Shown piece by piece: positions 45,595 to 54,939 of a stretch of DNA of 64,000 bases. How positions within the stretch are numbered: position 1 is the stretch's first letter; every line of letters begins with the position of its first letter. The notes beneath the pieces are model-generated. The model made no database searches. It was not told where the DNA came from and saw only the letters and a program-made list of their open reading frames with translations. This stretch comes from an uncultured Bacteroidaceae bacterium (GTDB taxonomy: Bacteria > Bacillota > Clostridia > Christensenellales > CAG-917), in contig CAZLVK010000003.1 of assembly GCA_964563025.1 (NCBI GenBank), positions 84,061 to 148,060 on the forward strand, read 5' to 3'. The translations under genes were made by a program, and so were the position numbers.

Positions 45595-46095
45595 TTACAA
45601 CTTGTACCAATAGTACTTTTCATAACTGCCAGTAAAATACTTTGCGTTTACAGATGAATCTGTTACGTCAATCTGTGTTCCGCCAGTTTTGTTTTCCCAA
45701 TCGGAAGCGTTTTCCGTTATGTACCAAGTCGTCGTATCTTCAAACGTTACACTCTCTATAGTGCTACATTTATAGAAGACGTGATGACCTATACTATTCA
45801 CGCTGTCGGGTATTGTCACGCTTGTGAGTCCGATACAATCATAAAAAGCGGAGATACCTATGCTCGTCACGGGAAGATTATTATTCATGGCGGGAATAAT
45901 CAAATCGGTTCCGCTATAATTTCCGATGTAAGTAATCTCATAAGCGTTCTTTTCATCGTTTAGTCCATAATATAATCCCTCCTCTCCATAACTGTATTTG
46001 CTTTCATCATCGTCGTCGTTGCAAGCGACGAACGTGAAAACAAGTGTCAAAACAAGGACGATTGATACAATGGACAAAATGCTTTTTCTTTTCAT
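45595..46095 (-). CDS. BspA-type LRR lipoprotein (166 aa)
   Basis: Start at ATG 46095 (MKRKSILSIV) with a GGAGG RBS. Lipobox FVAC. LRR_5-like PVTSIGISAFYDCIGLTSVTIPDSVNSIGHHVFYKC. Confidence 0.75.
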   Translation of the reverse strand: MKRKSILSIVSIVLVLTLVFTFVACNDDDDESKYSYGEEGLYYGLNDEKNAYEITYIGNYSGTDLIIPAMNNNLPVTSIGISAFYDCIGLTSVTIPDSVNSIGHHVFYKCSTIESVTFEDTTTWYITENASDWENKTGGTQIDVTDSSVNAKYFTGSYEKYYWYKL

Positions 46096-46373
46096 ATTTG
46101 TTCCTCCAAAAAAAATATTAGGTGCAGAAACAACACCCAATAAAAAATATAACAAGTGCATTTCCGCTGATTCTGCGACAAACCACATGCTAATTCCATT
46201 ACGAAAGCTATGTTACGCGAAAAATACACCTGTTACCGAAAAGTAAACAGACTTTCGTAAATGGATATGAAGTTTGTCGCACCTACAGTATACAACTTGA
46301 AGAGCCGAAATGTCAATATTTAGTTGTTTTTTGTGATTACAATATAGGATTTATATACTACATGGGCTAAAAT

Positions 46374-46415
46374 AGCAAAAAAAAGATAAACCGCTCCCCA
46401 TTTGAGAGCGGTTTT
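46374..46415 (-). terminator. Rho-independent terminator after the ABC exporter pair
   Basis: Stem aaaccgctc/gagcggttt, followed on the minus strand by a long T-run. Confidence 0.8.
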
Positions 46416-46435
46416 ACATTTGATTGATTTTCGGT

Positions 46436-48346
46436 TTATTCGAGTTCAAAGGAACCGGTGTAAAGGCGATAATATCTGCCTTTTTGCGCGATGAGTTCGT
46501 CGTGGTTTCCGCGCTCGATGATTTCGCCGTGTTCGATGACGAGTATCATATCCGCGTTGCGAACGGTGGACAGTCTGTGCGCAATGACGAATACCGTTCT
46601 GCCTTGCATGAGTTGGTCCATACCCTGCTCGATGAGTTTCTCGGTGTGCGTGTCGATAGAGGACGTTGCCTCGTCAAGGATAAGCACGGGAGGATTTGCG
46701 ACCGCCGCCCTTGCGATTGCAAGGAGTTGGCGTTGTCCTTGAGAGAGGTTTGCGCCGTCGCCCGTGAGGACGGTGTCGTAGCCGTTGGGCAAGTGGGAGA
46801 TAAAGTAGTCCGCATTTGCAAGTTTTGCCGCGGCATAGATTTCCTCGTCGGTGGCGTCGAGTTTCCCGAAACGGATATTATCCTTGACCGTACCCGTAAA
46901 GAGGTGGGTATCCTGCAACACCATTGCCATAGAGTGGCGCAAATCGTCCTTGTTTATCTTGGTTATATTGATATTGTCGTAGCGGATTTTGCCGTCGTTG
47001 ATATCGTAGAAGCGGTTGATGAGGTTGGTTATCGTTGTCTTGCCCGCGCCGGTAGAGCCGACGAGTGCTATCTTCTGACCGGGTTTCGCGACGAGGTTGA
47101 TATTCTTCAAAACCGTCTTTTCGGGCACGTAGCCGAAAGTCACATCCTCGAATTCGACTTCGCCTTGCCATTTGACGTAGGTGGTCGTATCCGTCGCCTT
47201 GTGGAAGTGTTTCCACGCCCATTTGCCCGTGTACTCTTCGCATTCGATAATATTGCCGTCCTCGTCCTCTCTGGCGTTGACGAGGGTTACGTAGCCGTCG
47301 TCCTCTTCGGGAGTTTGGTCGATGAGTTCGAATATACGCTTTCCGCCCGCTATCGCCTGGAGAATGGTATTCGCTTGTTGCGCCATTTGTCCGAGAGGAT
47401 TGCTGAATTGCTTGGTCAGTTGCACGTAGCCGATGAGTTTGCCGACCGTCATCGCAAGGAAAGACGGTATTCCGATGGGAGAACAGAATATCGTGCCGAC
47501 AATCGCTACGATTGCGTAGTTCGCGTAGCCGAGGTTGTTCATCGTAGGCATAAGTACGTTCGCATACGTGTGACCTTTGCGGTTTGAATAGGTGAGTTGG
47601 CTGTTGAATTTGTCGAAATCCTCGATTTCGGCATCTTCGTGACAGAATACCTTGACGACTTTCAAACCGTCCACGTGCTCCTCGACGAAGCCGACGAGTG
47701 CGCCGTAATCGCGGTGTTGGTTCATAAAGTGCTTGCCCGACTTGCCCGAAATGTACTTGACGAGTATTGACATAAGGCTTATGGATACGAGAAGTATCAG
47801 CGTGAGGAGCCAAGAATAATACATCATCACGCAGAATACCGCAAGCATCGTGAGTGCGTTTGAAATGAGGTTGGGCACCGCGTTTGACAAAAGTTCGCGC
47901 AAGGTGTCCGTGTCGTTGGTGTAGCAACTCATCAAATCGCCGTGGGTGTGGGTGTCGAAGAATTTGACGGGAAGATTCTCCATCTTCGCAAACATATCGT
48001 CACGCACACCTTGCATAATTTGAGTCGTAACCTTCACGCCGATGAAGTTGAACACGTAATGAAGTCCCGCGGCGCATGCGTAAATGACAGCCATAACGCC
48101 GAGCATCGTGGCAAATCCGCCCATGGTGACTTCGGTGGAGCCGTTCATCAACGGTTCGATATAGGTGTCGATAATCAAGGTGAGCATGAGCGTCCCCGCA
48201 ACCGTTGCGATAGTGCTGAGTATAAGGCACACGAGTGCAATCGAAACTTTCGCCTTATAAGGCTTATACAGTTTGAGTATTCTTACGAATATCTCCATAG
48301 GATTTTCGACCTGAGTTCTGCTGAGCAAACTTTTCTTCTTACTCAT
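46436..48346 (-). CDS. ABC transporter ATP-binding/permease (exporter, heterodimer partner 2)
   Basis: Six-TM domain plus NBD. Walker A GSTGAGKTT, signature LSQGQRQ, ILDEATS. ATG 48346 overlaps the upstream stop by 8 nt. Confidence 0.9.
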   Translation of the reverse strand: MSKKKSLLSRTQVENPMEIFVRILKLYKPYKAKVSIALVCLILSTIATVAGTLMLTLIIDTYIEPLMNGSTEVTMGGFATMLGVMAVIYACAAGLHYVFNFIGVKVTTQIMQGVRDDMFAKMENLPVKFFDTHTHGDLMSCYTNDTDTLRELLSNAVPNLISNALTMLAVFCVMMYYSWLLTLILLVSISLMSILVKYISGKSGKHFMNQHRDYGALVGFVEEHVDGLKVVKVFCHEDAEIEDFDKFNSQLTYSNRKGHTYANVLMPTMNNLGYANYAIVAIVGTIFCSPIGIPSFLAMTVGKLIGYVQLTKQFSNPLGQMAQQANTILQAIAGGKRIFELIDQTPEEDDGYVTLVNAREDEDGNIIECEEYTGKWAWKHFHKATDTTTYVKWQGEVEFEDVTFGYVPEKTVLKNINLVAKPGQKIALVGSTGAGKTTITNLINRFYDINDGKIRYDNINITKINKDDLRHSMAMVLQDTHLFTGTVKDNIRFGKLDATDEEIYAAAKLANADYFISHLPNGYDTVLTGDGANLSQGQRQLLAIARAAVANPPVLILDEATSSIDTHTEKLIEQGMDQLMQGRTVFVIAHRLSTVRNADMILVIEHGEIIERGNHDELIAQKGRYYRLYTGSFELE

Positions 48347-50219
48347 TGTCGGCACCTCCTTTCACCGCGGAGTCCGCTTCGACGTCGAAGTCGCCGCCAC
48401 CCTTTTGTTGGGAGTTGTATATATCGCTATAAGTTTCGCTCGTTGCAAGGAGTTCCTCGTGTGAACCTATCGCCTTGATTTTGCCGTTTTCCATAACGAT
48501 AATTCTATCCGCATCCTCGACGGAAGCAATACGTTGCGCAATTATGATGACCGTAGTATCCCCGAATTCGTTCTTGAGTCCCGCGCGAATAGATGCGTCG
48601 GTAGCGGTATCGACGGCGGACGTGGAATCGTCCATAATCATCACTTTCGGGTGTTTAAGCAACGCTCTTGCTATGCTTAACCTTTGTTTTTGTCCGCCGG
48701 ACACGTTTACACCGCCTTGTCCGAGTTCGGTTTCGTAGCCGTTCGGGAAGGACGTGATGAAGTCGTGTGCTTGTGCGACTTTGGTGGCGTGTTCGATTTG
48801 TTCCTGCGTAGCGTTAGGATTGCCCCACAAGAGGTTTTCTTTTATCGTACCGCTGAACAAGACGTTCTTCTGGAGCACCATTGCGACGGCGTCTCTGAGT
48901 TTTTCGATTTTGTATTCTTTGACGTTTCTACCGCCTACTTTGACCTCTCCGTCAAGCACGTCGTAAAGACGAGGTATGAGTTGCACGAGGGTGGTTTTAC
49001 CCGAACCCGTCGCGCCGATGATACCTATTCTCTCTCCCGATTTTATGTGGAGATCGATATTCTCGACGTTGAGATTGTCCGCGTTTTTGCTGTACGAGAA
49101 GTTGACGTTTTCAAAGTCGATGGAGCCGTCCGCTACTTCGTCGTCGGTGGCGTCGTCGGCGTCAACTATGTCTATTTCCTCGTCGAACACTTCGACGATA
49201 CGCTGTACGCTTGCACGCGACATAACTATGGTCACGAACACCACCGCTACCATCGCAAGAGACATAAACACTTGCATAACGTAGGTGAGGAAGGAACTGA
49301 GATAACCTATCTTCATATTGCCGTCGATGATTTCGTTACCGCCCACCCATACGAGGATAATAATGCTTGCATAAATGACGACTTGAAGGAAGGGCATCGC
49401 GATGACGAGCCACTTCTCCGCGTCGAATTGGAGTTTCTGCACTCTTGCGCTGACCTTGCGGAATTTCTCGGTTTCGTGGTCCTCTCTGACGAACGCCTTA
49501 ACCGCGCGAATACCCGTGAGGTTCTCTTGAGTGGACTCGTTCATCCCGTCGTATTCGTCGAGCATTTTCATGAACTTCGGGAAAATCAACTTCACGCCGA
49601 AGGGAAGCACTATCAAAATGACGGGCAACGTCACCGCAAATACTATGGACATACGCGGATTGATGGTGATTGCCGAAGTGAGCGCAAGCACGAGCATTAT
49701 AGGCGAACGCACCAACGTGCGGATTATCGTCATGTACGCCATAAGCACGAAGCCGACGTCGGTGGTCAGTCTCGTGACGATACTTGCGGTGTTGAAGTGG
49801 TCGAGGTTGGCGAAACTGAATCTTTCGATTTTGTTTATCATCTTCACGCGGACGTTGTAGGCAAATCCCGCGGACGCTACCGCCGCAAACTTGCCGGCAA
49901 GAATACCGCAAGCAAGGGAAATCACTGCCATAACGATGATTATCGCTCCGCATAAGCAGATGAATTCCACTCTGTCGTACACCGTGAAAATCGGAGCGTT
50001 AAGGCTTCCGAATTCAAACACGAAAGTGAATTCAGTCGCATTCTCGACGAGACCTACGTTGATAACTTGCGCCATAACGAGAGGTATCAGCACTTCGAGA
50101 ATAACTTCAAATACGACGAGAACGGAGCACAGTATAGACGGAGTTTTGTACTCCCCTATACAGGACGCCAGTTTTCTTATCGCACCCTGAGGTTTTTTTG
50201 CTTGTTGAGTCTTTTCCAT
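48339..50219 (-). CDS. ABC transporter ATP-binding/permease (exporter, heterodimer partner 1)
   Basis: TM domain plus NBD. Walker A GATGSGKTT, signature VSGGQKQR, IMDDSTSAVD. Confidence 0.9.
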   Translation of the reverse strand: MEKTQQAKKPQGAIRKLASCIGEYKTPSILCSVLVVFEVILEVLIPLVMAQVINVGLVENATEFTFVFEFGSLNAPIFTVYDRVEFICLCGAIIIVMAVISLACGILAGKFAAVASAGFAYNVRVKMINKIERFSFANLDHFNTASIVTRLTTDVGFVLMAYMTIIRTLVRSPIMLVLALTSAITINPRMSIVFAVTLPVILIVLPFGVKLIFPKFMKMLDEYDGMNESTQENLTGIRAVKAFVREDHETEKFRKVSARVQKLQFDAEKWLVIAMPFLQVVIYASIIILVWVGGNEIIDGNMKIGYLSSFLTYVMQVFMSLAMVAVVFVTIVMSRASVQRIVEVFDEEIDIVDADDATDDEVADGSIDFENVNFSYSKNADNLNVENIDLHIKSGERIGIIGATGSGKTTLVQLIPRLYDVLDGEVKVGGRNVKEYKIEKLRDAVAMVLQKNVLFSGTIKENLLWGNPNATQEQIEHATKVAQAHDFITSFPNGYETELGQGGVNVSGGQKQRLSIARALLKHPKVMIMDDSTSAVDTATDASIRAGLKNEFGDTTVIIIAQRIASVEDADRIIVMENGKIKAIGSHEELLATSETYSDIYNSQQKGGGDFDVEADSAVKGGADNE

Positions 50220-50256
50220 AATTATTCCTTTTTCTGCGCGACGCGCGAAATTAATA

Positions 50257-50700
50257 TTACTCTATTCTTTGCGATATATTGGACTTCATCTTGTCTATGA
50301 CCTTAAAAAAGACATTGAGGTCTTTTTCGGGGATGCCGTCCGTCAGCGTTTTTTCCGTCTCTTCAAACTGAGCGTCTATCATTTGACAAAGTTCTCTTGC
50401 CTTGTCCGTCAACACGATTTTTCTGAGTCTGCCGTCGTAGTCGACGTTCTCGCGCACGATAAGCCCGTTTTTCTCCATAAGGTTGAGAATTTCGCTTGCG
50501 GTGCTTTTGCGAATGTCGAATCTCTTCTCAATATCCTTTTGGAAAACGTCTCTTTCTCCGTCTGCTTCGCAAAGGAATCCGAGAATGAATCCGTGCATAC
50601 CGGTGAGATTTTCGCACTCGCGCATCAGTTGCGAAGAGCAATGATAACGCTTGATAAGATTGTTCAGGCATTTGACTTCCATGCCTACTATTTTGTCCAT
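50257..50700 (-). CDS. MarR-family transcriptional regulator
   Basis: Winged-HTH pattern (QKDIEKRFDIRKSTASEILNLMEKNGLIVRE...DGRLRKIVLTDKA). Start at ATG 50700 (MDKIVGME). It sits upstream of the ABC exporter pair. Confidence 0.85.
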   Translation of the reverse strand: MDKIVGMEVKCLNNLIKRYHCSSQLMRECENLTGMHGFILGFLCEADGERDVFQKDIEKRFDIRKSTASEILNLMEKNGLIVRENVDYDGRLRKIVLTDKARELCQMIDAQFEETEKTLTDGIPEKDLNVFFKVIDKMKSNISQRIE

Positions 50701-50734
50701 GGACACCGTCCTTTCACGCGCCCGCAAGCGCGTT

Positions 50735-50782
50735 TAGTTAGTACACGAACTATATATTATTCAAATAACAATATAATGTCAA
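50735..50782 (-). promoter_or_regulatory. Candidate marR promoter plus imperfect 18-bp palindrome (putative MarR operator)
   Basis: On the minus strand: TTGACA (50782-50777), 17 nt, TAATAT (50759-50754). The palindrome tagttagtacacgaacta (50735-50752) lies at the predicted transcription start. Confidence 0.5.
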
Positions 50783-50876
50783 TCGTTTGACGCGAAAAAA
50801 GTTCGTTGCCGAACGATTTTTTTCATGTATTTTTATCGTAAGTTTTCGGATATAATCAAACCCTCTCGAAAGCACG

Positions 50877-50902
50877 AAAAAACGGCGCAATTTCGCGCCG
50901 TT
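50877..50902 (-). terminator. Orphan rho-independent terminator
   Basis: Stem aacggcgc/gcgccgtt, followed on the minus strand by T6. No CDS lies between it and the terminator at 51016-51046. Confidence 0.55.
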
Positions 50903-51015
50903 CTATACTATTGCGTTTTTCTATTTGCAACGGCTGTCTATAAAGTTGCGTGCATCGAGAAAAGAGGAAAATACTCCCTCTTCTTCCCCCGCCTTAACCA
51001 CCACGGGATAATGAC

Positions 51016-51046
51016 AAAAAGCAAGCCAAGTCAAGGCTTGCTTTTT
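51016..51046. terminator. Bidirectional-shaped terminator after the small membrane protein gene
   Basis: Stem gcaagcc/ggcttgc, flanked by A5 and T5. Confidence 0.7.
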
Positions 51047-51088
51047 ATCTTCAAATCGTTTGTTTTCTATTTCTATTATCATTAGGAT

Positions 51089-51301
51089 TTAGAGGAGACG
51101 CCAGATACTGTGTTTGGTGATCATAAAGATGAGGTCGAGAACCCAAATCAACCAGCCGCCGAAGATACGGATGATACCCGCAACGATTTTGCCTTCGGAA
51201 AAACGAGTGATGACGCCGAGAATCCATGCGGTGAAAGGAATGATTGCAAGGATAAGGCTGACGATGTAACTAAGACCAAAATAATCTTTTTTTGCTGCCA
51301 T
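51089..51301 (-). CDS. Small hydrophobic membrane protein (70 aa, two predicted TM helices)
   Basis: GGAGG RBS 7 nt before the ATG. Two hydrophobic stretches. Candidate promoter TTTACT, 17 nt, TATAAT at 51358-51330. Confidence 0.6.
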   Translation of the reverse strand: MAAKKDYFGLSYIVSLILAIIPFTAWILGVITRFSEGKIVAGIIRIFGGWLIWVLDLIFMITKHSIWRLL

Positions 51302-51594
51302 AATTATACCTCCGAAACTTTCTAAAATTATTATATCATCAATCGTTTACAAAGTAAACATTAATTTTTTATTTTTTTGAAATTTCGTCCCGACTTACCG
51401 CAATCGACGGTTTATGCGTCCTATACGAACGTTTAACGTTGCTTATGCGGCGAAACCGTCAATGATTTTCTGCGAAAATCGTTCTGACGGCACTTGCAAC
51501 GCAACTTCTCCGCAACGAAAATTTTTTGCTACAACTCAGACTCACTGCGTAACTCAATTTATAGTTCCGCAAAATTTTCGTTTTGATTAAATAA

Positions 51595-51663
51595 GGGCGG
51601 GACACACCCGCACCCGATTGTCATTGCGAGCAACGGAGTTGCGTGGCAATCTCCTTGAAAGGA
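51595..51663. repeat. GC hairpin plus module Y (inverted copy)
   Basis: gggcgggacacacccgcaccc followed by cgattgtcattgcgagcaacggagttgcgtggcaatctcc. This is the reverse complement of the 69-129 arrangement. Confidence 0.8.
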
Positions 51664-51665
51664 AC

Positions 51666-51756
51666 CGCTAATCTTGCCGTAGGCAAATATAACTGCTCGT
51701 TAGGGCAATATCACTCCGACTTGTCGGAATATCACTTCTCGAAGAGAAATATAACT
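51666..51756 (+). repeat. AATAT[A/C]AC-core hairpin array (locus 4)
   Basis: TGCC-gta-GGCA aatataact GCTC-gtta-GGGC aatatcact CCGAC-tt-GTCGG aatatcact TCTC-gaa-GAGA aatataact. Confidence 0.8.
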
Positions 51757-51757
51757 C

Positions 51758-51789
51758 AAAAAAAAGCACCGCGGATACGGTGCTTTTTT
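51758..51789 (-). terminator. Rho-independent terminator ending the glycine-cleavage operon
   Basis: Stem gcaccg/cggtgc, with A8 and T6 flanks. About 15 nt past the gcvPB stop. Confidence 0.85.
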
Positions 51790-51804
51790 CGTGCGTTAAT
51801 TCTT

Positions 51805-53229
51805 TTAGCCTCTCAGTATCGGCTGTCTTGCGGCGCGGACCTCGTCGGGACGAGAGATGACCGCATTGTGCGGTGCGGTATGCAACGCTTCCGGATTATC
51901 GAATGCTTGTTTATGCAGTCCGAGGAGCAACTCCGCGACTTCGTCGAGGGTGTCTTTGCTTTCGGTTTCGGTGGGTTCAAACATAAGCGCTTCATGGACG
52001 ATGAGAGGGAAATACATCGTAGGCGGGTGTATTCCGCCGTCTATCATCGCTTTTGCAATATCCATTGCGCTGACGCCTGTTTCCTCTTTGAGTTTTTCGA
52101 GGGACACGACGAATTCGTGCATACAACGTCTACCCTTTTCGGTGGGATACGCATCCTCGATTTTCGCTTTGAGGTAGTTTGCGTTGAGGACCGCCGTTTC
52201 GGACGCTTCTTTTAAGCCTTCTCCGCCGAGAGTAACGATATAGGCAAGTGCCTTTGCGTATACGCCGAAGTTGCCGTAGAAAGCAGTGACCTTGCCGATG
52301 CTTTCCTCGCTATAATCGAAGTCGTAACCGTTCTCGGTCTTGACGACGCTCGGGTTGGGAAGATACGGCACGAGGGCTTTCTTGCAACCGACGGGACCGC
52401 TACCGGGACCGCCACCGCCGTGAGGAGTGGAGAACGTCTTGTGAAGATTGAGGTGCACGACGTCGAAGCCCATATCGCCGGGACGAACGATACCCATAAC
52501 GGCGTTGAGGTTTGCGCCGTCGTAGTAGAGCAATCCGCCCGCCTCGTGGACGATTTTGTCGATGGCTTCGATATTCTTTTCAAAAAGACCGAGAGTAGTA
52601 GGATTGGTGAGCATGAGCGCGGCGGTATCTTCACCGACGACCTTTCTGAGTTCGTCGAGATCAACGCCTTTTTCGTCGTTGGACTTCACTGCGACAATCT
52701 CGAAGCCCGCCATAGCGGCGGAGGCGGGATTGGTGCCGTGTGCGCTGTCGGGAACAATGATTTTGGTGCGCTTGTTATCCCCTCTTTGCTCGTGGTATTT
52801 CTTGATGAGTTGAAGTCCCGTGTACTCGCCGTGTGCACCCGCACAAGGTTGGAGAGTAACAGCATCCATACCCGTGATTTCGCACAAATCGGCACTTAAA
52901 ACCTCGATAAGTTCAAGTGAACCCTGTATATCTGCGATTTTCTGACGAGGATGAACGGCGGTGAAGCCTTCGAGGCTTGCCACTTCTTCGTTGATTTTAG
53001 GGTTGTATTTCATCGTGCAAGAACCGAGAGGATAGAACCCGTCGTCAACGCCGAATGCACGCTTTGAAAGCGCGGTATAATGACGAACGAGATCGACTTC
53101 CGCGACCGACGGAAGGACGGGTGCGGACTCTCTTTTAAGGCTTGCATCGAACTTGTATTCGGGCACGCCGAGAGGTGCGAACGTTACCGCTCTTTTGCCG
53201 TCTTTGGAAATTTCAAACAAAGTTTTCAC
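51805..53229 (-). CDS. gcvPB: Glycine dehydrogenase (aminomethyl-transferring) subunit 2
   Basis: [11 protein letters not shown], the PLP-lysine region [18 protein letters not shown], and a length typical of GcvPB. Start/stop overlap with gcvPA. Confidence 0.92.
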   Translation of the reverse strand: MKTLFEISKDGKRAVTFAPLGVPEYKFDASLKRESAPVLPSVAEVDLVRHYTALSKRAFGVDDGFYPLGSCTMKYNPKINEEVASLEGFTAVHPRQKIADIQGSLELIEVLSADLCEITGMDAVTLQPCAGAHGEYTGLQLIKKYHEQRGDNKRTKIIVPDSAHGTNPASAAMAGFEIVAVKSNDEKGVDLDELRKVVGEDTAALMLTNPTTLGLFEKNIEAIDKIVHEAGGLLYYDGANLNAVMGIVRPGDMGFDVVHLNLHKTFSTPHGGGGPGSGPVGCKKALVPYLPNPSVVKTENGYDFDYSEESIGKVTAFYGNFGVYAKALAYIVTLGGEGLKEASETAVLNANYLKAKIEDAYPTEKGRRCMHEFVVSLEKLKEETGVSAMDIAKAMIDGGIHPPTMYFPLIVHEALMFEPTETESKDTLDEVAELLLGLHKQAFDNPEALHTAPHNAVISRPDEVRAARQPILRG

Positions 53230-54521
53230 AGCACGCCTCCTACTATTTCGATGACTTTATCCATACTCTCTTTGGTCGCCTTTTCGGTACAGCACCAAAG
53301 GATAGTGTCGTTGTCGAGCACAAGACCGCCGAGAATATTTTCCTTTTCGAGAGCGGAAATTATCTCGTATGCTTTGCCCTCGGTTATGGTTGCAAACTCG
53401 TGGAAGAACTCGCCGCCGAACGCAAGTTTCGCGCCCTTACAAACAAGACCGCTTGCAAGGTAATGAGCGTTCGATGCACAAGCGGTCGCGACTTCTTTGA
53501 GTCCCGTCGCGCCTACCGCGGCAAGATATACGGACACCGTGAGTGCGCAAAGAGCCTCGTTGGAGCAAATGTTACTCGTCGCCTTTTCGCGACGGATATG
53601 TTGTTCCCTTGCTTGCAAAGTGAGCACGTACGCACGATTGCCGTCGTGGTCGACGGTTTCGCCGACGATACGACCCGGCATTCTGCGCATTTCCTTTGCG
53701 GTGGTCGCCATATAACCGATATACGGACCGCCGAAACTCATAGGAAGTCCGAGGGGTTGCGCCTCTCCTACCGCCACGTCCGCGCCTTGTTCGCGAGGAG
53801 TGCGAAGTATACCGAGAGAAACGGGATTTGCGCCGAGAACGAATTTTCCGCCGTTTGCGTGGCAAATTTCAGAAATCGCCGTCGTATCTTCGATGAGTCC
53901 GTAGAAGTTAGGATTTTCGACGTACACCGCGCCGACCGCGCCTATATCGTCCGGCAAAATCGCTTTGCCGTCTACGCTGTCGATGACGTCGAGAGTTATT
54001 CCTCTTGCGGTGAGATAGGTCGTGAGCACGTCCATAACGTCGGGATTGATATTGTCGAACGTGACCACTCTTTTCACTTTATCCGCGCACATAATACATC
54101 CCTCGGCAGCCGCCGTCGCGCCCGAATAGTGAGAGGCGTTGCTGACGTCCATACCGGTGAGGTTGCAAATCATGGTTTGATACTCGAATATCGCTTGGAG
54201 TATGCCTTGGGAGAGTTCCGCCTGATAGGGAGTATACGCGGTCACGAACTCGGAGCGCGAACATATGGACTTCACGACCGACGGGATATAGTGGTCGTAA
54301 GAGCCGGCGCCGAGGAAGATGCTGTCGTATACCCTGTTTTTCTTGGCAAGAGCCTTCATGAAATCGAAGGTTTCCTGCTGAGATTTACCCTCGGGCAAAT
54401 TCAGTTTTCGGGCGCGAAGAGAACGAGGAATATCCTCAAAAAGATCGTCGACGTTTTCAACGCCGATGACTTTGAGCATTTCCCGCCTTTCCGCGTCGGT
54501 CAGGGAAAGATAGTCTGCCAT
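53226..54521 (-). CDS. gcvPA: Glycine dehydrogenase (aminomethyl-transferring) subunit 1
   Basis: N-terminus [32 protein letters not shown] and [13 protein letters not shown] are typical of GcvPA. Confidence 0.92.
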   Translation of the reverse strand: MADYLSLTDAERREMLKVIGVENVDDLFEDIPRSLRARKLNLPEGKSQQETFDFMKALAKKNRVYDSIFLGAGSYDHYIPSVVKSICSRSEFVTAYTPYQAELSQGILQAIFEYQTMICNLTGMDVSNASHYSGATAAAEGCIMCADKVKRVVTFDNINPDVMDVLTTYLTARGITLDVIDSVDGKAILPDDIGAVGAVYVENPNFYGLIEDTTAISEICHANGGKFVLGANPVSLGILRTPREQGADVAVGEAQPLGLPMSFGGPYIGYMATTAKEMRRMPGRIVGETVDHDGNRAYVLTLQAREQHIRREKATSNICSNEALCALTVSVYLAAVGATGLKEVATACASNAHYLASGLVCKGAKLAFGGEFFHEFATITEGKAYEIISALEKENILGGLVLDNDTILWCCTEKATKESMDKVIEIVGGVL

Positions 54522-54531
54522 AATTCACCTA

Positions 54532-54885
54532 TTATTTTTCGAGTGCCTCGTATTCTTCTTCGCTCATGAGGTCGGAAGGAATTTCGGTGGCTTCGATTTT
54601 GCAAATCCACGCATTCATAGCGTCGTCGTTGATGAGTTCGGGCTCGTCTTCGAGGGCGGAATTGACTTCCACTACGGTGCCCGAAACGGGTGCGTTGATT
54701 TCGCTGACCGCCTTGACGGATTCGACTTCGCACATACTCTCACCCGCCGTAACGGTTGCGCCGACTTCGGGCAAGGAAATGTAAACGATGTCGCCGAGTT
54801 CTTCGGCTGCGAACTTGCTGATACCGACGGTTACGTCGTTTCCGTTGATGTCTGCCCACTCGTGGGTTTTGGAATACTTAGTCAT
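54532..54885 (-). CDS. gcvH: Glycine cleavage system protein H
   Basis: KYSKTHEW...VESVKAVSEINAPVSG (lipoyl-lysine motif). Start at ATG 54885 with an AGGAGA RBS. Confidence 0.92.
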   Translation of the reverse strand: MTKYSKTHEWADINGNDVTVGISKFAAEELGDIVYISLPEVGATVTAGESMCEVESVKAVSEINAPVSGTVVEVNSALEDEPELINDDAMNAWICKIEATEIPSDLMSEEEYEALEK

Positions 54886-54939
54886 AATTATCTCCTGCTC
54901 TATGCTTTGCATAGAATATATTTTTCGTTTTGATTTTTC

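Noticed and set aside
50825-51085. 86-aa plus-strand ORF in the marR to small-protein intergenic region
   Set aside because: It has no RBS, it spans two terminator hairpins, and its sequence is hydrophobic and low-complexity (YYCVFLFATAVYKV...FYFYYH). It is more likely non-coding.
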